A stretch of DNA of 64,000 nt, from contig JALHOM010000001.1 in assembly GCA_022842995.1 (NCBI GenBank), positions 77,985 through 141,984 on the forward strand, in the 5' to 3' direction. Of the stretch, positions 54,924 to 64,000 are shown in pieces (the stretch's first letter is position 1; every line of letters begins with the position of its first letter). Position numbers and translations under genes: made by a program. Under the pieces are notes generated by a model that worked only from the letters and a program-made list of their open reading frames with translations, made no database searches and had not been told where the DNA came from. This DNA comes from Candidatus Saccharimonadota bacterium. Lineage in GTDB: Bacteria > Patescibacteriota > Saccharimonadia > Saccharimonadales > 2-12-FULL-41-12.

Positions 54924-56024
54924 TTGCTAAAATTGACCAAGGTAAAGCAGCGACGACTCGCCTTACTCATACCTGCACATAACGAAGCGGTAGTTATTCA
55001 AAACACCCTCAACTCAGCCATTAACGCCGGCTTAAACCGCAGGGATATCTACCTCGTAGACGATGCTTCGAGTGACGAAACGCTCCTCAAAGCCGGAGAG
55101 ATTCTGCCGATTACCAACATTCTAAAAGTCGAGCATAGCGGAAAAGCCGGCGCCATTTCTAAAGCAATCGACTATTTCGAAATTGAAAAAAAATACACAT
55201 GGCTACACGTTGCCGACGCCGACAGCATGTTTGCGACCAACTATTTTCACGTGTTGATACCCGCTTTGAACGATAAATACGTAGCTACCATTGGCATGGT
55301 CCAAAGCATGCGCGGAAACTGGCTATGTTCGTACAGGGCTATTAGCTACACCTGGGGTCAACAAGTAATCAGGCGGATTCAAGCAGCGCTAGGAATGATC
55401 AGTATCTTGCCTGGTCCAACGACGAGCTTTCGAACCGACATCATCAAGAAACTAGATTTTCATACCCAAAGCCTCACCGAAGATTTTGACCTTACGCTTC
55501 AAATTCACCGCAATAAACTCGGCAAAATTAAGTTCGTGCCCGAGGCGGTCAACTACACCCAAGACCCAAACACTATCTACGACTATGCGACGCAGAGCCT
55601 ACGCTGGTACAGAGGCTTCTTCCAAGGTGTTAGACGCTATAAAATTGGCCTTCGCCCGCACCGGATCGACCTCGCTATCTGGCTGGTGGTTGGGGATTTA
55701 TTGATTTCTTTGGTTCAACTCCTTCTGGCGATATACATCGTTGTATTTGCCAGTAATTACCTCGAGAAGTTGGGGCAGTATATTTTGATTGATATCGGTC
55801 TGGTTTTGTTTATTATCATATTTACCGCAGTTTTGACGAAGCGCTTCAGAATATTGGGCGCGCTGTTTTATTACTACCTCGTCAAAAACTTTGAGCTTGC
55901 ACTCTTTATACGAGCATTCATCGAGGTAATCGTGCTCCGAAAGTTCAGACAGCCATCGGTCGGCTGGAAGGTCGCCGGTCGTCGCTACAAGATAACCAAA
56001 GAAGCAATGGCGGATTTCGCATGA
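54924..56024 (+). CDS. Processive GT2 glycosyltransferase (PgaC/IcaA/NodC-like)
   Basis: IPAHNE, DDASSD, GKAGA, DAD, TED, QSLRW; C-terminal TM helices. Confidence 0.9.
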   Translation: MLKLTKVKQRRLALLIPAHNEAVVIQNTLNSAINAGLNRRDIYLVDDASSDETLLKAGEILPITNILKVEHSGKAGAISKAIDYFEIEKKYTWLHVADADSMFATNYFHVLIPALNDKYVATIGMVQSMRGNWLCSYRAISYTWGQQVIRRIQAALGMISILPGPTTSFRTDIIKKLDFHTQSLTEDFDLTLQIHRNKLGKIKFVPEAVNYTQDPNTIYDYATQSLRWYRGFFQGVRRYKIGLRPHRIDLAIWLVVGDLLISLVQLLLAIYIVVFASNYLEKLGQYILIDIGLVLFIIIFTAVLTKRFRILGALFYYYLVKNFELALFIRAFIEVIVLRKFRQPSVGWKVAGRRYKITKEAMADFA

Positions 56025-57388
56025 GCAAATCACTCGTCTGGAAACAGTTTAAGAAATCGATCTTTTTGGCCTTCGTCGTGTGGGCGGTAATAGTTGTTGG
56101 ATCGATCAAACTCTACACTACTTCTAAGGCGAGTGAGTCTCTCGGGCTCGGAAGAGTCCTTGCCGAGCCAACTCTGGCGTGCTCAGCCGATCAATACCGA
56201 GGCGACCGCGACAAACCAACCTACACCCCTCCCCTGTCAGAAGTGGATGACCTCTATCAGGCATCCCTGACGAGCCCCAACCTGGTCTTGAACCCATCCA
56301 TGACCGATCGTGACGAGACAAAAGGAGTTACTGGCTTTATTTACCTGCCGACAACCGAGCCGATTACGCACCAAGTTTTACAAGAAACTGATGGAAGCTA
56401 CTATCTCAACGCTTCGCTAAACGACACGCCCAAACAACCCGCTGCGGGGTGGCTACACGCGCCGGTGTCTATCGAAAAAGGGTCATATTACTATTCGTTC
56501 GAATATCGCGGCACCGCGAGTGGACCGGTGATCCTAGAGACAACCGACCAGAGCGGCATCAAAGCATATAGGTCACTGCATAATCTCAAGGCCACAAATG
56601 AGTGGACGAGTGTTGAAGGCCATATTCTTAACCTTGACGGCAAGTACCAATCAGTGCGAATTTCGCTGACGCTTGCCAAAAAAGGCACCTCCGACTACCG
56701 CAAGCCAAGCCTTCACAAGCTCACTGACAGACCCCTGTCGGAAGCCCATATCAGCGTTAGCTTTGACGATGGCTGGAGCAGTGTATACACCAACGCCTAC
56801 CCGCTTCTAGAGAAATACAGCATTGACTCGACTCAGTTCATAAACCCACTATCGGCCAAAGAAAAACTACCAGGTTATATGGACTTCAAACAGATACGCA
56901 AGATGGCATCAGACGGGCACGAAATTGGCTCTCACTCACTAAAACACTGCTCCCAGACTGCCCTGACCGCCGAAGAACTAGAAGACGATGCCCGACAATC
57001 AGAAAAGATATTTGCCTCAGAAGGCTTCCCCCCGGCCCTTGGTTTTGCCTATCCGTTCGGCGCTTATGACCCCGTTACCAATGCCAGCAAACAAAACTTT
57101 CACAGTTACATTCGAACTTCCGACATCGGACTTAACGACGGATACTACGATGTAAGCAATCTCCGTTCGTTTACGGTCGAAGCGACAACGCCTCTCGAGG
57201 AAGTTCAGCAGTGGATTGATTACAGCAAACAACATAAGTTATGGCTGATTTTAGTCTTCCACAACATCGATGGCGAAGGCTCGTTCAATGTCGACAACAC
57301 CAAGATGGAAAACGTACTCAAAGCTATTTCCGCCAGTGGCGCTAAGTCAGGCACTATCTCTGAAACACTCAAAGAACTAAAACAGTAA
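56021..57388 (+). CDS. Polysaccharide deacetylase (CE4) with N-terminal CBM-like domain
   Basis: SFDDG, HEIGSHSLKH, FAYPFG, LVFH; ATGA-coupled to the GT2 gene. Confidence 0.88.
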   Translation: MSKSLVWKQFKKSIFLAFVVWAVIVVGSIKLYTTSKASESLGLGRVLAEPTLACSADQYRGDRDKPTYTPPLSEVDDLYQASLTSPNLVLNPSMTDRDETKGVTGFIYLPTTEPITHQVLQETDGSYYLNASLNDTPKQPAAGWLHAPVSIEKGSYYYSFEYRGTASGPVILETTDQSGIKAYRSLHNLKATNEWTSVEGHILNLDGKYQSVRISLTLAKKGTSDYRKPSLHKLTDRPLSEAHISVSFDDGWSSVYTNAYPLLEKYSIDSTQFINPLSAKEKLPGYMDFKQIRKMASDGHEIGSHSLKHCSQTALTAEELEDDARQSEKIFASEGFPPALGFAYPFGAYDPVTNASKQNFHSYIRTSDIGLNDGYYDVSNLRSFTVEATTPLEEVQQWIDYSKQHKLWLILVFHNIDGEGSFNVDNTKMENVLKAISASGAKSGTISETLKELKQ

Positions 57389-57400
57389 CTCCTCGGCGCA

Positions 57401-58594
57401 ATGACACCAGAAATATCTTCTCCTGAACGCGATTGTATTATTTATCTAGTCGCGTCCGAAGATACAAACCCGGAGCAATCAGACCAAGATCTCAGAAAGT
57501 CACTACGGATTCACGGCATAGAATTCACTCCATCGTCGGTCACTGAAAGCGTCTATGCTCAGGTGAAAATTACTGGTAAAAGAGCCCTCCAAGAAGGACG
57601 ACGTCCGAATTTTATGACCGATCTCCCGCCAATAACTCCGGATTCGCTTGATACTCTTAGCGATTCAATCACGAATGTTGCGAGACACGCTCTTGCCACC
57701 GCGAAACTCAGCAACGGTACTCCACTAGACACGAGGGGCTCCCGAGACGAAGTTATAACAGGCCTCAAAGCAGGCTTTCTGCTCTCTTCATTTTGTGGAC
57801 CATGTAAGTTTGCGGCTATCTGTCCTACGAACGCCGAGCTTCGCGACAGGCAAGCAAATGGGGATGCGAAGCTTCGAGAACTCGCCGAATTACCCACAAC
57901 ACTTCTCGGTAAGCAAATTTCTGATAGTTTCTGGGCAATATACAGAAACAATGCCGAACTTGGAAAAGGCCATCACTCAACCGAAGATACAAAAAGAGCT
58001 GAACAGAACTCCTCAACACGATCAAAAATAGTCGACGCACTCATTCGCGTTCGAGGTCCAATGCGCAACGTTGCAATGACCCAAGCTATGAATAATATAG
58101 GCGCGTATCTCAGAAACCCACAAGTTCTTGAGGGTTGGGAAGGTTTTATAAAAGGCCTTGCCATTGAAGTGTACGTCTATCGAGCACTTCGAGAAGCATA
58201 CGGCGAACATGCAATACAAAAGACGTCCGTTCATCAAGACGTCCATGAACACACCGATTGGTTGCTCTTACTTGCTGATAACCGGTTGCGTATAGATGCA
58301 AAATCTCGACGTAAATTCAAAGATCACACGTATGAGCACAACTCCACGTCGCTCAACGAAATTGGCGTTCACATTAGCAGACCCAACCCTATAGCCTGCC
58401 GAGATAAACTAGACATACTCGTAATCACCCCTGTAATTGGCGAAAAGAAACGCGGACAACGTTACTATGACGAATTCTTAACAGTAACCATCGGCGATGA
58501 GGATTATCGATTCTACGATCTCGATGTACCGGTAACGGAACACTTCCTGGCATTACTACAAGACGCTGTAGCCAAATTTAGCTCTTCAAAATAA
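57401..58594 (+). CDS. Putative PD-(D/E)XK nuclease-like protein with CxxCx5C motif
   Basis: GLAIE...AYG...TSVHQD..HTD...RIDAKS; CGPCKFAAIC. Confidence 0.55.
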   Translation: MTPEISSPERDCIIYLVASEDTNPEQSDQDLRKSLRIHGIEFTPSSVTESVYAQVKITGKRALQEGRRPNFMTDLPPITPDSLDTLSDSITNVARHALATAKLSNGTPLDTRGSRDEVITGLKAGFLLSSFCGPCKFAAICPTNAELRDRQANGDAKLRELAELPTTLLGKQISDSFWAIYRNNAELGKGHHSTEDTKRAEQNSSTRSKIVDALIRVRGPMRNVAMTQAMNNIGAYLRNPQVLEGWEGFIKGLAIEVYVYRALREAYGEHAIQKTSVHQDVHEHTDWLLLLADNRLRIDAKSRRKFKDHTYEHNSTSLNEIGVHISRPNPIACRDKLDILVITPVIGEKKRGQRYYDEFLTVTIGDEDYRFYDLDVPVTEHFLALLQDAVAKFSSSK

Positions 58595-58734
58595 ATAAAC
58601 CAGCAATAAAATTTAAATCAAAATACTTGCCTAAAAATACTTATCGTTATATAATATAGTTAATCTCCCCGAACTTACGCTCGGGGAATTGCGAGGGAAG
58701 GATTAAATTCTCCAATCAACAAAGTGACCGCACG

Positions 58735-59700
58735 ATGCTCACTCTAGAAACAAACAAAACTCCAAAACTAAAACCACAGTTACCTCCTGCGTCTACTAGC
58801 GATGCGGTGATTCACGATATTGCCGAGCAAAATATCGCGGCTGCAAGCATGGCGACACTGTTCGGAAGAGTCTCGATAATCCCCGGCAGAGCGACTGGCA
58901 ATATTTTCAGCTGGCCACAGCAACCGATTCACCCGTCGCCACCCCACGACCCCTTGTCGCTCGGCGTTAACGTGGCACTGAGATCAGTCGAGATAAATAC
59001 CCTCCACCCCGAGCCTAAACACACACAAGCCGAGAAACAAAAAATCTCAAATAAAAAAACCGGCTTAATTAAACTTAATCAAATGGATAAAGTTGGTTTA
59101 ACAGAGGTGATCTCGGCAATCAACCGGGACGAAAGAGACGCTGTAATTTCGGACTGGCTTAGAGTGCTCGCCCCAAACTTGGCAAGTCGCAAACATATCA
59201 TTCACTTAAGCAAGGTTATAAACGGCATCGGAACCGAAATTACCCTTGCCGAATCAATCGAACAGCTCTACGGATACCGCTACCGAAAGGCGACATTAGC
59301 CGAAGACAGACTACAGGCAACAGACCTAATCTTGATGCATCCAAAAGGCCTAGCGATTAGACTAGACGCCAAATCACCTTCTTCTCTGAGGGTTCTAACA
59401 GATAAAGGCAGGGCGAAACCCCTTAATGAAACGACGGCAATCGGCAATAAGAAGCTTACTCTGGTCGGTGGGTTTACGGCCTTTAATGTGCCGATCTTAT
59501 ACGCGGCACCTGCAATCGCCCCGCACCAAATAGAAGTCGATACCGTGCGAGGTAAGATCCATTTCAACTCACAATCCAGCCCACCGCTTAAGAGCGAACT
59601 TATCAATTTGCGAGAAGGTTGCGAGCGGTTCATCGAACTATATCCAACCTCCGTGCGAGAGCTGTGTTTAGCAGAATCTGCAGAATTAGTAACCGTGTAA
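58735..59700 (+). CDS. Putative PD-(D/E)XK nuclease-like protein (paralog)
   Basis: GIGTE...LYG...ATLAED..ATD...RLDAKS; own TTGCCT-17-TATAAT promoter. Confidence 0.55.
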   Translation: MLTLETNKTPKLKPQLPPASTSDAVIHDIAEQNIAAASMATLFGRVSIIPGRATGNIFSWPQQPIHPSPPHDPLSLGVNVALRSVEINTLHPEPKHTQAEKQKISNKKTGLIKLNQMDKVGLTEVISAINRDERDAVISDWLRVLAPNLASRKHIIHLSKVINGIGTEITLAESIEQLYGYRYRKATLAEDRLQATDLILMHPKGLAIRLDAKSPSSLRVLTDKGRAKPLNETTAIGNKKLTLVGGFTAFNVPILYAAPAIAPHQIEVDTVRGKIHFNSQSSPPLKSELINLREGCERFIELYPTSVRELCLAESAELVTV

Positions 59701-59707
59701 GCGCAAA

Positions 59708-60982
59708 CTACCGGAGGAGTTTGCGGGCGATGTCGCGCTCGTCCCAAGGCTCTTTTTTGCCACCCATATTGCGGTAATTTTCGTGGCCGATGCCCGTCAG
59801 GAGCACCGTGTCGCCTTTTTTAGCTTCTGAAAAGGCCTGTTTGATGGCAGATAATCGATCTTCAATAACCGCTGTTTTTGTCTGAGCTTTGGCGGCAATT
59901 ATACCTTCGAGCACCATGTCTCTGATGGATTTGGGATCTTCGGTATATGTCTCATCATCTGTTAGATAAATAGCGTCTGCAAGCTTGCCAACCTCTTCGC
60001 CCATGGACTTTCGCTTTGACTTATCTCTATCTCCCGTAGCACCAAAGACTATCCTGAGCTTCCCTGAGGTCAGTGGGCGAAGGGTTTCGAGAGCATTCTG
60101 GAGCGCGTCTGGCGTATAAGCAAAGTCAACCAAGACTGCGAAATTCTGCCCTTCGTCAATCTGTTCCATGCGGCCTGGGACGGCCTCTAGCTCAGCCACT
60201 CCTGCAACTATTTTTTTACTGTCGAGATCTAAAATTGCCCCAACGGCTACCGCACAGAGTGCGTTGTAGACATTGAATTTTCCGAGTAATTTCGTCGTGA
60301 AATCGACTTTTTTGCCATGCACGAGCGCCGTAAACTTCGACCCGTGAGCACTATTTGTCATCTGCGTTAACTTGAGGTCAGCCTGTTTAGCCATGCCGAT
60401 TATCGTCTGCTGATCGCCGGCTCTCTTGGAAAAGAAATCAAACCACTCATCATCACCGTTCAATATTGCCTGCTTGGCATGATATTTCGTGAACAACAAG
60501 GCCTTGGCTGTGGCGTACTTTTCCATCGTTTTGTGATAGTCCAGATGATCTTGAGTAAGATTAGTGACTATCCCAATTTCTGGCTTAAGACCCCCTACCC
60601 TACCCTGGTGAAGCGCCATGGACGTAACTTCCATAATTACCCAGTCCACCCCAGCGTCGCGCGCCTTTGCAAAGAACCGTTGCACCGAAGCCTGAGAGGT
60701 GACCGTCATATGCGTATGGTTAGGCATCTGTTCACCAGCTATCTCGAAATAGGCAGTTGTATACACTGCCGTTTTGAGCCCAGCGGCCTTCAGCACACTG
60801 TTCACATACGACGAAGTGGTTGTTTTGCCGTTTGTGCCAGTAATGGCGATGACTTTTAGCTTGCGCACTGGATAACCGTATTTGGCCTGCCAAAATTGTG
60901 AACGACTACCTCGATATGTCTTTTCTAACCCTGTAACTGCTGACTTTGGAACAACTTTTCTGACGATTTTTTTCGGATTCAT
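59708..60982 (-). CDS. murE: UDP-MurNAc-tripeptide synthetase
   Basis: ITGTNGKTTT, MEVTS, NLTQDHLDYH, PGRME, VFGATGDRDKSKR. Confidence 0.92.
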   Translation of the reverse strand: MNPKKIVRKVVPKSAVTGLEKTYRGSRSQFWQAKYGYPVRKLKVIAITGTNGKTTTSSYVNSVLKAAGLKTAVYTTAYFEIAGEQMPNHTHMTVTSQASVQRFFAKARDAGVDWVIMEVTSMALHQGRVGGLKPEIGIVTNLTQDHLDYHKTMEKYATAKALLFTKYHAKQAILNGDDEWFDFFSKRAGDQQTIIGMAKQADLKLTQMTNSAHGSKFTALVHGKKVDFTTKLLGKFNVYNALCAVAVGAILDLDSKKIVAGVAELEAVPGRMEQIDEGQNFAVLVDFAYTPDALQNALETLRPLTSGKLRIVFGATGDRDKSKRKSMGEEVGKLADAIYLTDDETYTEDPKSIRDMVLEGIIAAKAQTKTAVIEDRLSAIKQAFSEAKKGDTVLLTGIGHENYRNMGGKKEPWDERDIARKLLR

Positions 60983-61008
60983 AGCTTAATGATATCAATT
61001 TCCTTGGT

Positions 61009-62121
61009 ATGATGTATGAGATGAAAATTCTCGGGATCGAAACCAGCTTTGACGAAACAGGAGTTGCAGTCGTTGAGATTAACGACGACGGCAAGTTAGT
61101 TCTTCATTCTAACGCCGTATCTAGCAGTATTGATCTGAACTTGCAATACGGGGGCGTTGTACCAGAAATTGCTGCGCGGAGTCATATCGAATTTATGACG
61201 CCCGCCATCAAGCAAGCCCTATCACAGGCCTTCCCCGCAGAATCTGACCCGTGGCAACAGATTGACGGCATCGCCGTAACTCAAGGCCCCGGTCTCGGCG
61301 GCAGCCTACTTGTTGGTTTAACGACAGCTCGAACATTGGCAATCATCAAACAGAAGCCCCTCTATGCCATAAACCATGTCATGGCCCACCCATTCGCAGC
61401 CAGTATTGGTGCCGTCGGCTCCGCGCCAGAACTGCAAGACTACAAACTACCAGAAGCGACTGTTGAGTTCCCTTTTCTGGCGCTCATCGTCAGCGGCGGC
61501 CATAGTCAGCTCGTCTACTACTCTTCGGTAACCGAGTACCGCGTTGTCGGCAAAACCCGTGATGATGCAGGCGGAGAGGCCTTCGATAAAGTAGCAAAAA
61601 TACTCGGCCTCCCCTATCCTGGAGGATTAAACGTTTCTCTCAAGGCCCGCGAAGGCAACAAAGATAATTTCAATTTACCGCAACCCAAATTCCAGGACGC
61701 TCCATACGACTTAAGTTATTCTGGCCTCAAAACTGCCGTCCTGAGGGCCGCCCAAAGCGCAATCGGCGAAGATTACACATTCCCGTCTATAGGCCTGTCA
61801 GAGCGCCTCTCTGAAGCTCAGAAAGCCGATTTAGCAGCCAGTTTCGAATATGCGGCACTGAAGATGGTTGTTGATCGCACGAAAATGGCATATGAAGAAT
61901 TTGAGCCCCGCTGCGTTGTATTGGCTGGTGGAGTTGCCGCCAGTCCTGTCCTGCGTTCAATGCTGGAGGCCGTATTGCCTGTTAAGCCAATCTATCCCGA
62001 CATGAAACTATGCACCGACAACGGGGCCATGATCGCCGCCCTTGGTTGCTTGCAAGCCCAGGCTGGAGTTAACCCTGCGGACCCCTACTCGCTCGACATC
62101 AAGCCGACTTGGCCGATGTAA
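61009..62121 (+). CDS. tsaD: tRNA N6-adenosine threonylcarbamoyltransferase
   Basis: LGIETSFDET, GGVVPEIAAR, NHVMAH, VSGGH, DDAGGEAFDK, CTDNGAMI. Confidence 0.96.
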   Translation: MMYEMKILGIETSFDETGVAVVEINDDGKLVLHSNAVSSSIDLNLQYGGVVPEIAARSHIEFMTPAIKQALSQAFPAESDPWQQIDGIAVTQGPGLGGSLLVGLTTARTLAIIKQKPLYAINHVMAHPFAASIGAVGSAPELQDYKLPEATVEFPFLALIVSGGHSQLVYYSSVTEYRVVGKTRDDAGGEAFDKVAKILGLPYPGGLNVSLKAREGNKDNFNLPQPKFQDAPYDLSYSGLKTAVLRAAQSAIGEDYTFPSIGLSERLSEAQKADLAASFEYAALKMVVDRTKMAYEEFEPRCVVLAGGVAASPVLRSMLEAVLPVKPIYPDMKLCTDNGAMIAALGCLQAQAGVNPADPYSLDIKPTWPM

Positions 62122-62285
62122 TATCCGGTAATATTGTCTGTATCTTGTCAATGTTGCTTATGGTTAGCACCTCTGTTATAGTTGTACTTATAAAAACAAA
62201 AAGTTTAGAGGCCTATTGCCAGCTAACCACGGCAATCGCACATCAAAGACAAAAGAGTGGTGGGAAATCAGCGATAAACTATGTC

Positions 62286-62338
62286 GATTTTCATGTGAAA
62301 ATCCTTGTATTTTGTTGCTGAAGTTTTTCACGTGAAAA
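62286..62338. other. Two parS-like palindromes
   Basis: GATTTTCATGTGAAAATC (62286-62303) and TTTTCACGTGAAAA (62325-62338) vs canonical TGTTTCACGTGAAACA. Confidence 0.5.
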
Positions 62339-62549
62339 CACTTATGCATGCTTCCCCTCTACGCTGCTCTTCTGATTTTAATAATCTAACAGAGGTGATA
62401 TACTTATTTCCAAATGAGCATACAACAGTTGGTTGGTTCTGTACGGTCTGGCGTGCCACTCGGCACTGCTACTTTCTTATTCGCAAAATCACTACGTTAA
62501 ATAAACCTCGGACGAAACACATTAACTTCGAGGTGAAAAGGAACTTATC

Positions 62550-64000
62550 ATGAAACTACCTAAGGCTTATAACCCTTCTGATTACGAACCGAACATCTAT
62601 CAAATGTGGCTCGATAACGGGGTGTTTACCGCCAATCCATCCAGCAAAAAACCAACGTTCACCATCAGCATGCCGCCCCCTAACGAGACGGGCACATTGA
62701 GTATTGGCCATGCCCTCTTTTTGACACTACAAGACATCATGACACGACATGCGCGAGCTAGCGGCATGGACGCCCTATGGCTCCCTGGCACCGACCACGC
62801 TGCACTACCCGTAAACGCCATCATGGAAAAAACTTTGGCACATGAAGGAACTAACAAACACGAAATCGGTAGGGAAGAGTTTATCCGCCGGACGAAAGAC
62901 TTCGTTGGTAGCAGCCGACAAACCATGCTCGGCCAAATGCGAGCCATGGGAGCTAGCGCCGACTGGACGCGGCTTCGCTATACACTCGACGACGCCCTTA
63001 ACCGATGCGTAAACGAAACCTTTACCAAAATGTATAACGACGGCCTAATTTACCGTGGTGCGCGTATTGTTAACTGGGACCCAAACCTACAAACCACCAT
63101 TTCTGATGATGAAGTCGAACATGTTGACGAAACAACAACATTTTACACCTTCAAATACGGTCCTTTTGAGATTGGAACCGCCCGTCCAGAAACCAAATTT
63201 GGTGACAAATACGTAGTCATGCACCCCGACGATGAGCGCTACGCTCAGTACAAGCACGGCGACACCTTTGAAGCAGAGTGGATCAATGGGCCAATCATGG
63301 CCACCGTCATCAAAGACGAGGCCATAGATCCGGCCTTTGGCACCGGTGTTATGACCATCACGCCGTGGCACAGCCATGTCGACTTCGAAATAGCCGAACG
63401 TCACGGGCTAGAGAAAGAGCAAATTATCGACGAAAATGGCAATCTGCTAGCGATTGCAGGCGAGTTTAAGGGTATGAATATCCATGAGGCTCGCCCGCTT
63501 ATCGTTGAAAAACTCCGCGCAAAAGGCTTAGTCGTTAACGAAGACGCAAACTATCAGCACAGCGTCGCGGTCAACGAGAGAGGGAAGGGCATAATCGAGC
63601 CTCAAATCAAACTACAGTGGTGGATTGACGTCAATCGCCCGGTGGTCGACTGGAATGGCCATAAACGCTCGTTTAAAGAGATCTTGCAGTCAGTGGTCAA
63701 CGACGGCGATATCACCATCATCCCGAGTCGCTTCAACAAAAATTACTTCCACTGGATAGATAATCTTCGTGATTGGTGTATAAGCCGACAGATCTGGTGG
63801 GGACATCAGGTGCCCGCTTGGTATAAAACAGGGGCAGATGGGCAACAAGAGACCTATGTCGGCGTCTTGCCACCAGCAGATGAGTCTGGCTGGACGAGAG
63901 ATGAAGACACTCTGGACACCTGGTTTTCTTCGGCACTTTGGACCTGGTCTACACTGATCGACCAAGACGCTGCCCAAAATTACGAACTTTCTTTTGAGGA
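62550..64000 (+). CDS. valS: Valine--tRNA ligase (runs off window end)
   Basis: Not in ORF track. Manual translation MKLPKAYNP...MPPPNETGTLSIGHA...PGTDHA...DWCISRQIWWGH...DTLDTWFSS. Confidence 0.95.
   Translation, partial: MKLPKAYNPSDYEPNIYQMWLDNGVFTANPSSKKPTFTISMPPPNETGTLSIGHALFLTLQDIMTRHARASGMDALWLPGTDHAALPVNAIMEKTLAHEGTNKHEIGREEFIRRTKDFVGSSRQTMLGQMRAMGASADWTRLRYTLDDALNRCVNETFTKMYNDGLIYRGARIVNWDPNLQTTISDDEVEHVDETTTFYTFKYGPFEIGTARPETKFGDKYVVMHPDDERYAQYKHGDTFEAEWINGPIMATVIKDEAIDPAFGTGVMTITPWHSHVDFEIAERHGLEKEQIIDENGNLLAIAGEFKGMNIHEARPLIVEKLRAKGLVVNEDANYQHSVAVNERGKGIIEPQIKLQWWIDVNRPVVDWNGHKRSFKEILQSVVNDGDITIIPSRFNKNYFHWIDNLRDWCISRQIWWGHQVPAWYKTGADGQQETYVGVLPPADESGWTRDEDTLDTWFSSALWTWSTLIDQDAAQNYELSFE

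Noticed and set aside
62200..62549. T-box or ydaO riboswitch upstream of valS
   Set aside because: AGAGTGGTGGG lacks the UGGNACC T-box bulge and no terminator follows; GCCAGCTAACC is only an isolated partial ydaO-like match

Overview
Chromosomal segment that looks like a Candidatus Saccharibacteria (TM7, Patescibacteria/CPR) genome. This is an inference from protein style, gene order and the PAKK-tailed S20. Most genes are on the minus strand. The housekeeping backbone is ftsK, rnj, udg, pnp, rpsO, ABC-F, truB, rpsT, holA, mutM, polA, rpoD, dnaG, orn, argS, pgi/pmi, groEL/ES, murE, tsaD and valS. It is interleaved with orphan or accessory genes: GH18, LPLAT, 2OG-Fe(II) oxygenase, GNATs, crtE/crtB, FHA-like, Rpf-like, GT2 plus deacetylase, and two PD-(D/E)XK-like paralogs. 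One IS1595 is present; no rRNA, tRNA or CRISPR array was seen. Main observations: (1) Two extra, divergent sigma-70 genes are stacked behind rpoD, separated by a diverged copy of the rpoD 3' end. (2) The same architecture (core-gene 3' end / variable gene / diverged 3' end copy / variable gene) occurs at a second locus, suggesting integrase-free cassette stacking. (3) A complete leader-peptide attenuator with a Leu/Ala codon run lies upstream of avtA. (4) RPE-like palindromic elements occur intergenically and in-frame inside uracil-DNA glycosylase. (5) Four orphan genes share an AGCA(T/C)AAG promoter-spacer motif. (6) Heptamer repeats sit in promoters and inside genes, and leaderless-style starts are common. 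All product calls are from motif recognition by eye, with no database searches.
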